In this document: positions 19,570 through 29,701 of the stretch, piece by piece
How the letters are laid out: each line of letters begins with the position of its first letter
Numbering within the stretch: position 1 is the first letter of the stretch
From: Candidatus Omnitrophota bacterium
Lineage (GTDB): Bacteria; Omnitrophota; 4484-213
Length of the DNA: 39,482 bases
Direction of reading: 5' to 3'
Assembly (NCBI GenBank): GCA_003645805.1
Contig: QNCL01000002.1
Location: forward strand, 1-39,482
Notes under the pieces: generated by a model
Databases searched by the model: none
The model's input: only the letters and a program-made list of their open reading frames with translations
What the model was told of the DNA's origin: nothing
Program-made: the position numbers and the translations under genes

Positions 19570-19956
19570 ATGGATTTGAGGTGTGGAGTTGATTTGATAG
19601 AGGTGGAGAGGATAAAGAAAGCGGTTGATAAATGGGGGCAGCGATTATTGTATAGAATCTTTACCCGCACAGAGATAGAGTTTGCCCGGGCGAGGAGAAA
19701 TTTTTATCAGCATTTGGCTGGACGCTTTGCGGCTAAGGAGGCAATAATAAAGTCCTTAGGGAAAGGGAGGATATCCTGGAGGGAAATGGAGATAGTCAAT
19801 AATGCAGAGGGAGAGCCAAGAGTGAGATTTACTTCCGAAGGGAGGATTAATAAAACTGTAGCAATAAGCATCTCCCATACCAAGGACTATGCCATTGCTC
19901 AAGCAATCGCTTATGAACAGACCCATCTTTCCTCCCCGCAGATTAGATTCGCATAA
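19570..19956 (+). CDS. acpS: Holo-[acyl-carrier-protein] synthase
   Basis: GVDLIEVERI, FAAKEAIIKSLG and ISISHTKDYAIAQAI are present. ATG 19570 is preferred to the GTG 19543 extension. The ORF runs about 15 codons past the usual family end into the next gene. Confidence 0.9.
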   Translation: MDLRCGVDLIEVERIKKAVDKWGQRLLYRIFTRTEIEFARARRNFYQHLAGRFAAKEAIIKSLGKGRISWREMEIVNNAEGEPRVRFTSEGRINKTVAISISHTKDYAIAQAIAYEQTHLSSPQIRFA

Positions 19957-20770
19957 AGGGGATTATGGCAGGCTATTTATCATCGCTGGCTCTTTGGGAA
20001 TGAGTGGAGCGGCGCTTTTAGCCGCAAAAGGAGCACTGCGCACCGGAGCAGGCTTGGTGTTTTTAGGAGTTCCCAGCAGTCTTACTTCTGTGGTAGAAAG
20101 TGCGGTGTTGGAAGTGATCGCCAAACCTTTGACAGAAAGTAAAAAGGGATTTATAGGGCTTAAAGCCTATTCCTTTATTTGTGAGTTCAGTAAGCAGGTA
20201 GATGCTCTAATTTTGGGTCCCGGACTCTCCCGGAATAGAGAGACGGAGAGGTTAATAAGAGAGTTGATAAAGGTGCTTGATAAACCTCTTGTTGTTGATG
20301 CTGATGCCCTTAACGCTTTATCTGTACATTTAGATGTTCTTCTCCAGAGAAAGGCAGAGATGATAATTACTCCTCACCCGGGAGAATTTGCGCGCTTACT
20401 GAAGAAAAGTGTAGAGGAGATAGAAAAGGAGCGCGAAAAACTCACTCTTGAGTTTGCCAGAAGGTATAAGTTGACCGTGGTACTTAAAGGATATGGCACA
20501 GTGGTCAGTAGTGCGAAGGGTGAGGTTTATGTAAACCATACTGGAAATCCAGGAATGGCTACTGCCGGAATGGGAGATGTGCTGAGTGGAATGATAGGAA
20601 GTCTGTTAGCAAGAGGCTTTTCTTGTTTTGAGGCAGCGAAATTAGGAGTTTATCTGCATGGTTTAGCCGGAGATCTAAGCGCTCAAGAGAAAGGTGAGGA
20701 GGGAATGATTGCCAGTGATCTGATAGAGATGATTCCCGAGGCAATAAAGAAGGAGATGAATAGACACTAA
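19913..20770 (+). CDS. nnrD: ADP/ATP-dependent NAD(P)H-hydrate dehydratase (YjeF C-terminal domain only)
   Basis: RRLDSHKGDYGRLFIIAGS, a carbohydrate-kinase-like fold and GMGDVLSG. No N-terminal epimerase domain. The start is ATG 19913 or 19889. Confidence 0.88.
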   Translation: MNRPIFPPRRLDSHKGDYGRLFIIAGSLGMSGAALLAAKGALRTGAGLVFLGVPSSLTSVVESAVLEVIAKPLTESKKGFIGLKAYSFICEFSKQVDALILGPGLSRNRETERLIRELIKVLDKPLVVDADALNALSVHLDVLLQRKAEMIITPHPGEFARLLKKSVEEIEKEREKLTLEFARRYKLTVVLKGYGTVVSSAKGEVYVNHTGNPGMATAGMGDVLSGMIGSLLARGFSCFEAAKLGVYLHGLAGDLSAQEKGEEGMIASDLIEMIPEAIKKEMNRH

Positions 20771-20789
20771 CTCATTTTTTTGTTATTAT
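20761..20789 (+). promoter_or_regulatory. Candidate promoter for tRNA-Gly and the HU-like gene (TAGACA-N14-TGT-TATTAT)
   Basis: TAGACA at 20761-20766 overlaps the nnrD stop. The spacer is 17 nt ending in TGn. TATTAT is at 20784-20789. The predicted start lies only about 1-2 nt before the mature tRNA 5' end. Confidence 0.35.
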
Positions 20790-20797
20790 TTTATAAA

Positions 20798-20871
20798 GCG
20801 GGCGTAGTTTAGTGGTAGAACAACAGCCTTCCAAGCTGTAAGCGTGAGTTCGATTCTCATCGCCCGCTCCA
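20798..20871 (+). tRNA. tRNA-Gly (anticodon UCC), CCA encoded
   Basis: Hand-folded cloverleaf. Acceptor stem GCGGGCG/CGCCCGC, D arm GTTT-AGTGGTA-GAAC, anticodon arm ACAGC-CTTCCAA-GCTGT, T arm GTGAG-TTCGATT-CTCAT, discriminator T, then CCA. Confidence 0.93.
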
Positions 20872-20888
20872 AAAAAAGGGGGTGTTCA

Positions 20889-21170
20889 ATGATTAAAAAA
20901 GAGATAGTAAGCAGAATTAGCAGAGACATTGACTTGCCTCGTCAGAAGGTAGAAAAGGTAGTGGAGGGGGTGCTGGAGATAATCAGAGAAAGCCTACTGA
21001 AAGGAGAGAAGGTAGAATTGCGTAATTTTGGGGTATTCAAGATAAGGTTGCGCAAGGAAAGAAAAAGAAGAAATCCCCGCACAGGCGAAGAAGTGATGGT
21101 TCCAGCACACAAAGTAGTAGTATTTAAACCAGCAACAGAAATAAAGAAGAAACTGAAAGGGATAAGTTGA
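20889..21170 (+). CDS. HU/IHF-family nucleoid DNA-binding protein
   Basis: 93 aa. [11 protein letters not shown]...[40 protein letters not shown] carries the beta-arm with the RNPRTGE motif. The track start 20844 lies inside tRNA-Gly. ATG 20889 follows AAGGGGG. Confidence 0.88.
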   Translation: MIKKEIVSRISRDIDLPRQKVEKVVEGVLEIIRESLLKGEKVELRNFGVFKIRLRKERKRRNPRTGEEVMVPAHKVVVFKPATEIKKKLKGIS

Positions 21171-21195
21171 CAAAGTTAGGGGAATTTGGTATGGT
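21167..21195 (+). promoter_or_regulatory. Candidate internal promoter for rplM-rpsI (TTGACA-N14-TGG-TATGGT)
   Basis: A perfect TTGACA at 21167-21172 overlaps the stop of the HU-like gene. The spacer is 17 nt with TGn at 21187-21189. TATGGT is at 21190-21195. Confidence 0.35.
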
Positions 21196-21628
21196 AGAAG
21201 ATATGAAAAAAGAGACAGTTTCTCAGAGAAGATTTTATCTTATCGATGCCCAGGGGAAGGTATTGGGAAGGTTAGCCACCCGTATTGCTGATATTCTTCG
21301 GGGAAAACACAAACCCGATTTTGCTCCTCATCAGGATAAGGGAGATTATGTAATCGTAATCAATGCAGAGAAGGTCAGAGTTACAGGTAAGAAAAGGGAG
21401 AGCAAAGTGTATAGGCATTATTCTGGTTATCCTGGGGGGCTGAAGGAAGAGACATTTGCTCAACTTCTTGCCCGCAAGCCTGAGCGGATAATTATGCTGG
21501 CGGTGAAAGGAATGCTTCCCAAGAATAAATTAGCGCGCAGGATGATCAGAAGGTTAAAGGTCTATAGAGGGAATACGCACCCTCATTTAGCACAGAAGCC
21601 CACAGAGATAGAGATTGCTCATAAGTAA
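21191..21628 (+). CDS. rplM: 50S ribosomal protein L13
   Basis: [48 protein letters not shown] is the canonical L13 core. The start is ambiguous between ATG 21191 (GGGGA 7 nt upstream) and ATG 21203. The track TTG 21167 is unlikely. Confidence 0.93.
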   Translation: MVEDMKKETVSQRRFYLIDAQGKVLGRLATRIADILRGKHKPDFAPHQDKGDYVIVINAEKVRVTGKKRESKVYRHYSGYPGGLKEETFAQLLARKPERIIMLAVKGMLPKNKLARRMIRRLKVYRGNTHPHLAQKPTEIEIAHK

Positions 21629-21713
21629 ATAAGAGAAAGTCAAGGAAATAGAGTATTGTAAGTATCGGGGACTTTAAGGTCTTCAGCGAAAAAATAGAGG
21701 AGGAAAGAAAGAG

Positions 21714-23959
<2,246 letters not shown>

Positions 23960-23984
<25 letters not shown>

Positions 23985-24433
23985 TTTTGCTCATCTTCAT
24001 TGCTTCTGTGCAGATGACTCTTCTCCGCCAGATAAAATTCTTTGGGGTAAAGCCCGACCTTCTTCTTCTCTCAGTTGTTTTCTTTGCCTTTCTAAAGGAG
24101 AAGAAAAAAGAGGATGTTTTTGCCTTTGGGTTGTTTGCCGGGTTGATTAAGGATGGATTAAGTGGCAATATCTGGGGAGTGAATACCCTGGCTTTCTTTC
24201 TTCTGATATCTTTCATAAGGCACTACTCGCAGAGGCTTTATCTCGAGCACTATCTGGGATATTTCTTTATCGCTTTTCTTTCCTCTCTCTTTATCGGCTT
24301 TTTTCATTATCTTCTCTTGTATCGCTCTTCCTTCCCGTGTATTCTCCTGCTTCCCGAGAGCATATACACAGGGATATTTGCTATTCCCTATTTTAGTTTG
24401 TTGAAGAGAGCAAAGAGATTTCTATGTCAATAA
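23960..24433 (+). CDS. mreD: Rod-shape-determining protein MreD
   Basis: 157-aa polytopic membrane protein in the conserved slot between mreC and mrdA. Confidence 0.8.
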
Positions 24434-26172
24434 CACGCCTTAGAATATTTTCCTTCAGCACAGTAGTTCTGTTTACTATTCTTTTCTTCAGCCTGTGGAA
24501 TCTGCAAGTTAACCACTATTCTTATTATAAACAACTATCAGATAAAAATTGTATTCGTCTTCTTCCTCTCCCTGCGGCACGGGGCTCTATCTACGACCGG
24601 AAGGGAAGGGTTTTGGCTGAAGATAGACCTTTATTTATTCTCACTCTTATTCCTCAGGAGTTCTTTGCCCAGAAGAGAGAGGTAAGAGAGTGGGTGCTCA
24701 CAAGGCTCAGTGAGATCACAGGCGTTTGCAAAGAAGAGATTAGAGACCGAATAGAAAGAAAGAGGAGGATCACACCTCCTTTTGTGCCTTTGGTCATTCT
24801 CAAAGGTTTGAATAGGAAAGAGATAAGCGCTGTAGAGGAAAGCGGATTGAATCTATATGGGATAAGCATTCAGGTTATTCCCGAGAGATACTACCCTTAT
24901 GGGGAGATTAGTGCCCATATTATAGGCTATGTAGGAAGAGGAGAGAGAGAAGAAGAAGAGAGAAGATATGGTTATCAACTTCCTTACCGGGTAGGAAAGG
25001 CGGGGATAGAGAGGAGTATGGATGAGTATCTGAGAGGAGAAGATGGAGGGGAGGAAGTAGAGGTGGACCATTTAGCAAGAGAGGTGAGAAGATTAGGAGT
25101 AAAGTATCCTCGCAAAGGAGGGGATATCTATCTTACCATTGATATCGACCTCCAGAAAGTCTGCTATCAACTATTAGCAAAAGAAAGGTTGAAGGGAGCA
25201 ATTGTTGTGCTTCAGCCATTCACTGGGGAGATTTTGGCGATGGCGAGTTATCCTTCTTTCAATCCCAATGACTTCATTGAAGGGGCAACAGAGAAGATAA
25301 GGCAAGTTTTGACCTCTCCCTCCTCTCCTTTGCTAAATCGGGCGATCAGCGGGATTTACTCTCCCGGTTCTACTTTTAAACCTCTGGTGGCTATCGCTGG
25401 CTTAGAGAAAAAGAAGATTTTTGCAAACACCTATTTCTATTGTGCAGGTAGATACCGGATAGGCAACAGGTTCTTTTATTGCTGGAAAAGGGACGGGCAC
25501 CATTGGTTAGATGTAAGGAAAGCCCTTGCTTACTCCTGCAATGTCTTTTTTTACAAGTTAGGGGAAAGACTGGGAGTGGATACCCTGAGGAATTTTTGTC
25601 TCCTGTTTGGGTTAGGAGAGAAGACAGGAGTGGAATTGCCAGGGGAGAAGAAAGGTCTGATCCCTTCAAGGGAATGGAAGTATTTTAAGAAGAAGGAGGA
25701 ATGGTATAAGGGAGAAACAGCACATTTTGCTATCGGGCAAGGCTACCTGTTAACTACACCTCTGCAAATGGCCAGAGCAATCTCTGTAATCGCTAATAAA
25801 GGCTATCTATTCACTCCTACAATAATCCTTAAACCCAAATTTCGCTCCTTACTTCTAAAAAAACTCAAACTTTCTTCCAAAAATATTGAGATTGTTCGTC
25901 AGGGGATGCAAGCAGTGGTAGAAGACCCTTATGGCACCGCTCACTCTCTTATGATAAGAGATATGAGGGTTGCTGCTAAAACAGGCACTGCCCAGGTGAA
26001 AGGGAAGGAAGCAAATTCCTGGATAGTAGGTTTCTGTCCTTTTGAGCATCCCCAGATAGTTTTTGTTATTCTTATTGAACAAGGGGGAGTTTCTACCCAC
26101 AGAGTAGGTATTGCTCGGGAGTTGATAGAGAGTTGGAAGCGGTTGGTAAAAACAGAGAAAGGGAATAAATGA
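24424..26172 (+). CDS. mrdA: Penicillin-binding protein 2 (elongasome transpeptidase)
   Basis: N-terminal TM anchor, a PBP dimerisation domain, and the transpeptidase motifs STFK, SCN and KTGTA. Confidence 0.95.
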   Translation: MSITRLRIFSFSTVVLFTILFFSLWNLQVNHYSYYKQLSDKNCIRLLPLPAARGSIYDRKGRVLAEDRPLFILTLIPQEFFAQKREVREWVLTRLSEITGVCKEEIRDRIERKRRITPPFVPLVILKGLNRKEISAVEESGLNLYGISIQVIPERYYPYGEISAHIIGYVGRGEREEEERRYGYQLPYRVGKAGIERSMDEYLRGEDGGEEVEVDHLAREVRRLGVKYPRKGGDIYLTIDIDLQKVCYQLLAKERLKGAIVVLQPFTGEILAMASYPSFNPNDFIEGATEKIRQVLTSPSSPLLNRAISGIYSPGSTFKPLVAIAGLEKKKIFANTYFYCAGRYRIGNRFFYCWKRDGHHWLDVRKALAYSCNVFFYKLGERLGVDTLRNFCLLFGLGEKTGVELPGEKKGLIPSREWKYFKKKEEWYKGETAHFAIGQGYLLTTPLQMARAISVIANKGYLFTPTIILKPKFRSLLLKKLKLSSKNIEIVRQGMQAVVEDPYGTAHSLMIRDMRVAAKTGTAQVKGKEANSWIVGFCPFEHPQIVFVILIEQGGVSTHRVGIARELIESWKRLVKTEKGNK

Positions 26173-27254
26173 AGACACATTTTCTTCACAGGTTAGATTT
26201 TCCTCTTATCTTTATCAGTTTACTTATCTCCAGCCTAGGCTTAATTTTTCTAAAAAGTGCTACTTATACCTGTTCCTCTGATTATCTGTCCAAGCAGATG
26301 ATCTGGCTATCTCTGGGGATTTTGAGTTGGGTAGTTATTCTGAAGATAGGATACCAGCAGTTAGCAGAATTCTCTCCTCTTTTATATCTCATAAATCTTT
26401 CCTTACTTCTTTTTCTTCTTTTTGCAGGCAGTCCTAAATTAGGTGCCCAGAGATGGCTTCATTTTAAGTTTATTACATTCCAGCCTTCAGAGTTCTTTAA
26501 GGTTGTCCTTATCCTCTTTTTGAGCAGACATCTTTCGCTTTCTCCTTATTATTCAGCCAAGGAGTTAAAAGAACTGCTTGTCTGCGCCGGCTTTACCTTA
26601 GTCCCTATGCTCTTAATAGTAAAACAGCCAGATTTAGGAACCTCTTTGGTATTAGGCTTTCTTTTTCTTTTGATAATCTATCTCTGGGGAATAAGAATAA
26701 AATACCTTATTTTTCTTATATTAACTGCCTTAATCTCCTCTCCTTTACTCTGGCATCTGCTCAAGGAGTATCAGAAAAAACGCTTATTGATCTTCCTAAA
26801 TCCTCATCTTGATCCTTTGGGAGCAGGGTATACAGTAATTCAGTCTAAGATTGCTATCGGTTCAGGAGGGATGTGGGGAAAGGGCTGGCTTGCGGGCACC
26901 CAAAGTCAGTTAAACTTTTTGCCTGAGCATCATACAGATTTTATTTTTAGTGTGATAGGAGAGGAATGGGGATTTGTGGGAGCAGGATTTCTTCTCTTGC
27001 TTTATCTCTTCCTTATCTTACGCGCCATTCGTATCGCTAAATTAAGCAAAGATGAGGAGGGAAGGCTAATAGCCGGAGGGATAGCAGGAATGTTTCTTCT
27101 GCATATCTTTATAAATGTAGGGATGAGTATGGGAATAATGCCTATTACTGGCCTTCCTCTTCTCTTGATAAGCTATGGTGGCTCTTCTTTACTCACCACT
27201 TTCTGTGCGATAGGAATCCTGTTGAGCATAGACAGAGCGAGAAGGTTTGACTAA
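26169..27254 (+). CDS. rodA: SEDS-family peptidoglycan glycosyltransferase RodA
   Basis: 361-aa protein with about 10 TM helices, containing QPSEFFK, PDLGT and LPEHHTDFIFSVIGEEWGF. ATGA overlap with mrdA. Confidence 0.95.
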   Translation: MKTHFLHRLDFPLIFISLLISSLGLIFLKSATYTCSSDYLSKQMIWLSLGILSWVVILKIGYQQLAEFSPLLYLINLSLLLFLLFAGSPKLGAQRWLHFKFITFQPSEFFKVVLILFLSRHLSLSPYYSAKELKELLVCAGFTLVPMLLIVKQPDLGTSLVLGFLFLLIIYLWGIRIKYLIFLILTALISSPLLWHLLKEYQKKRLLIFLNPHLDPLGAGYTVIQSKIAIGSGGMWGKGWLAGTQSQLNFLPEHHTDFIFSVIGEEWGFVGAGFLLLLYLFLILRAIRIAKLSKDEEGRLIAGGIAGMFLLHIFINVGMSMGIMPITGLPLLLISYGGSSLLTTFCAIGILLSIDRARRFD

Positions 27255-27275
27255 TTGCTTGAGTTATACTATAAT
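27247..27275 (+). promoter_or_regulatory. Promoter for tRNA-Val (TTGACT-N17-TATAAT)
   Basis: TTGACT at 27247-27252 overlaps the rodA stop. An exact 17-nt spacer precedes a perfect TATAAT at 27270-27275, about 45 nt upstream of the tRNA. Confidence 0.55.
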
Positions 27276-27319
27276 AACCAATCGCTTGAGTTTCTTAGAA
27301 GGGAGAAGTATCTAAGAGT

Positions 27320-27396
27320 GGGCGGTTGGCGCAGTGGGTAGCGCGTCTGACTTACATTCAGAAGGTTCGCAGGTTCGAATCCTGCACCGCCCACCA
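27320..27396 (+). tRNA. tRNA-Val (anticodon UAC), CCA encoded
   Basis: Acceptor stem GGGCGGT/ACCGCCC, D arm GCGC-AGTGGGTA-GCGC, anticodon arm TCTGA-CTTACAT-TCAGA, T arm GCAGG-TTCGAAT-CCTGC, discriminator A, then CCA. By my hand fold the variable region is 6 nt. Confidence 0.9.
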
Positions 27397-27482
27397 CTCC
27401 ATCCTGACCAACGCCTCAATTAAAAAAGCAAATAAAAATAAGAGGGCTATTCCCAAAGCAGAATTTGAGATTGAACCAAGCG

Positions 27483-27509
27483 CTTAAAAGAAGCAAGACT
27501 TCTTTTAAG
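27483..27509 (+). promoter_or_regulatory. Perfect 11-bp inverted repeat immediately upstream of the OMP gene start
   Basis: CTTAAAGAAG-type arms: CTTAAAAGAAG (27483-27493), loop CAAGA, CTTCTTTTAAG (27499-27509). It ends 9 nt before ATG 27519 and is not followed by a U-tract. Confidence 0.5.
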
Positions 27510-27518
27510 TTAGAAAAG

Positions 27519-28271
27519 ATGAAAAAAACAAGTTTGCTATTAGGGGGGATTATTGTTTTACTCATTACTTCTTCTGGATATGCATTAGAGATATCGGGAG
27601 GGAGTATTTACACAAAATTTGAACTCTCGGGAAAGATAAAGTCGGAAGGAACAGATATAGATATGGAAAAGGATTTAGGGATGGAAGATGAAGAGAGTTG
27701 GGGAGGGTTTTTTGAGATAGACGGGAAAAGGCATCATTTATTAGCCTCTCTGAGCACTCAGAAGTTTGAAGGTAGCAAGATTCTTGAAGCACCATTTGAG
27801 TTTCGCAACAAAACCTATCCTGCTTCCACGCGGGTGGATTCCAAGATCGAGTATAATCTCTATGAACTTCAATATCACTATGATTTATTAGACATAGAAA
27901 ATAGAATATTGGGTTTCTCCCTTGCTTCTCTATTCAAGGTCAGTGTTTACGAGATAGACGCAAATATCAAAGATAGTAGTTTTGGTTATGACGAAACCTA
28001 TCAAGAGACTTTGTTTGTTCCCACGATAGGATTTTTGATTCGCACCAATCTTACTAAATTTCTCAATCTTACTGCTCAGGCAAGCACAATAGAATACTCA
28101 GGAGATAGTTATACAGAGTACAAAGCCTTTCTGGAGATAAGTCCTATAGAGAGTATCGGATTGGGGATTGGTTATGAGGGAAGAAAAGTGGATTATGCAG
28201 AGAAGTTGGACCTTATAGATATAGAAAGTAAAGGTGCCTTTGCTCAATTAAGGTTTTTGTATAAGTTCTGA
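27519..28271 (+). CDS. Small outer-membrane beta-barrel protein (family unknown)
   Basis: Signal peptide MKKTSLLLGGIIVLLITSSGYA, alternating amphipathic strands, and a C-terminal ...LRFLYKF with terminal Phe. The track TTG 27465 extension is rejected in favour of ATG 27519. Confidence 0.7.
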   Translation: MKKTSLLLGGIIVLLITSSGYALEISGGSIYTKFELSGKIKSEGTDIDMEKDLGMEDEESWGGFFEIDGKRHHLLASLSTQKFEGSKILEAPFEFRNKTYPASTRVDSKIEYNLYELQYHYDLLDIENRILGFSLASLFKVSVYEIDANIKDSSFGYDETYQETLFVPTIGFLIRTNLTKFLNLTAQASTIEYSGDSYTEYKAFLEISPIESIGLGIGYEGRKVDYAEKLDLIDIESKGAFAQLRFLYKF

Positions 28272-28311
28272 AGTTAAGATTTTCTTTAACACAAGCCCAT
28301 AACTCTCAAGA

Positions 28312-28388
28312 GGGGACGTAGCTCAATTGGTCAGAGTACCGGACTGTCGATCCGGGTGTTGCGGGTTCAAGTCCCGTCGTCCCCGCCA
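28312..28388 (+). tRNA. tRNA-Asp (anticodon GUC), CCA encoded
   Basis: Acceptor stem GGGGACG/CGTCCCC, D arm GCTC-AATTGGTCA-GAGT, anticodon arm CCGGA-CTGTCGA-TCCGG, T arm GCGGG-TTCAAGT-CCCGT, discriminator G, then CCA. Confidence 0.93.
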
Positions 28389-28402
28389 CTTATAAAACTC
28401 AA

Positions 28403-29587
28403 ATGTCAAAATCACCCTCTAACCCTAGCCGCAATGTCCTGTTTTTAGGTATAGTGAGTTTTCTAAATGATATAAGCAGCGAGATAATAAGTCCTATCCT
28501 GCCTATGTTTATTACTCTTTCCGGGGGTTCAAGTTTAACCATAGGGTTAGTTGGTGGATTAAGAGATGGAGTTACCAGCATCTTAAAAGTCTTCTGTGGA
28601 TATTGGTCTGATAGGACAGGAAAGAGAAAAAGGTTTGTGGTCGCCGGTTATCTTCTCTCGGGTGTATTCAAACTTCTTCTTAGCCTGTGTAAGGGATGGC
28701 AGCAGATTTTAATCTTTGCTAGTCTTGAAAGGGTAGGAAAAGGACTAAGGACCGCTCCTCGTGATGCTATTATTGCTGATTCAATGCCTCGAGAGAGAGG
28801 AAAAGGTTTTGGAATTCACCGGGCTTTTGATACCGCAGGAGCAATTGTAGGTTCTATACTCGTATTTATCCTTTTCTGGTTCCTTCATCTAAATTTCAGG
28901 ATAATTATCTTCATCTCCGCGTTGCTTGCCTTTTTTTCTCTTCTGCCTTTACATTCTGTAAAGGAGGAAAAGAGAGAAGGTCAGGATATAACCCTTAGAA
29001 TGAGTTTTTTTAAAACCTTCCCTTCTTCCTTAAAATGGTTTATTGTGGTCTCCGGGGTATTTAACCTCTCTAATATCAGCTATATGTTTTTTATCCTGCG
29101 TGTGCAGGAATTTTTTCTCTTTACTAAGGAAGGGGTAGCGGAGGTTCAGAGATTAGCAGTGGCTATTCCTATACTTCTTTATATCTTATTTAACATCTTC
29201 TATGCTGGTTTTGCTATCCCTTTTGGAGTTCTCTCGGATAGGGTAGGGAGGAAGAGAATGCTGATCTCAGGGTATCTTCTCTTTTCTCTTATCTCGTTAG
29301 GGTTTGCTCTTTTTAGTTCACTCCCCGCTTTTATTTTGCTTTTTATCCTTTATGGAGTAGTTTATGCGATAATTGCCGGAAACCAGCGAGCATATATCGC
29401 TGACCTATCACCCGAGCAAGCCAAAGCCACTGCTTTGGGTATCTTTCACACTTTCAGCGGTTTATGTGCTTTACTTGCAAGTTTACTCGCCGGTTTCCTC
29501 TGGCACAACCTTACTTACACTGCCACCTTCCTCTATGCAAGCATAATGAGTGCCCTCTCTGTTATTCTATTTTTGGTTAAGATATAG
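28403..29587 (+). CDS. Major facilitator superfamily transporter
   Basis: 394 aa with about 12 predicted hydrophobic helices. The N-terminus is FLGIVSFLNDISSEIISPILPMFI, and inter-helix loops are DRTGKRKR and DRVGRKR (MFS motif-A-like). The substrate is unknown. Confidence 0.85.
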   Translation: MSKSPSNPSRNVLFLGIVSFLNDISSEIISPILPMFITLSGGSSLTIGLVGGLRDGVTSILKVFCGYWSDRTGKRKRFVVAGYLLSGVFKLLLSLCKGWQQILIFASLERVGKGLRTAPRDAIIADSMPRERGKGFGIHRAFDTAGAIVGSILVFILFWFLHLNFRIIIFISALLAFFSLLPLHSVKEEKREGQDITLRMSFFKTFPSSLKWFIVVSGVFNLSNISYMFFILRVQEFFLFTKEGVAEVQRLAVAIPILLYILFNIFYAGFAIPFGVLSDRVGRKRMLISGYLLFSLISLGFALFSSLPAFILLFILYGVVYAIIAGNQRAYIADLSPEQAKATALGIFHTFSGLCALLASLLAGFLWHNLTYTATFLYASIMSALSVILFLVKI

Positions 29588-29646
29588 GAAGTAAACAGAC
29601 TATCTGGGGTTTTCAACTCTGGAAGAGGAGGGTTGTTAAATGCCTA

Positions 29647-29675
29647 TTGACAAATATTGCAAAATCTGCTATGCT
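29647..29675 (+). promoter_or_regulatory. Promoter for the lipoprotein gene (TTGACA-N14-TGC-TATGCT)
   Basis: TTGACA at 29647-29652, a 17-nt spacer with TGn at 29667-29669, and TATGCT at 29670-29675. It lies 27 nt upstream of ATG 29702, which has its own GGAGG. Confidence 0.45.
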
Positions 29676-29701
29676 AAATTCACCCTTAGGCAGGAGGAAG
29701 A

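Noticed and set aside
20844-20888. N-terminal extension of the HU-like ORF in the track (MSSILIARSKKRGCS...).
   Set aside because: The extension is translated from the 3' half of tRNA-Gly. A proper SD and ATG at 20889 give a normal 93-aa HU/IHF protein.
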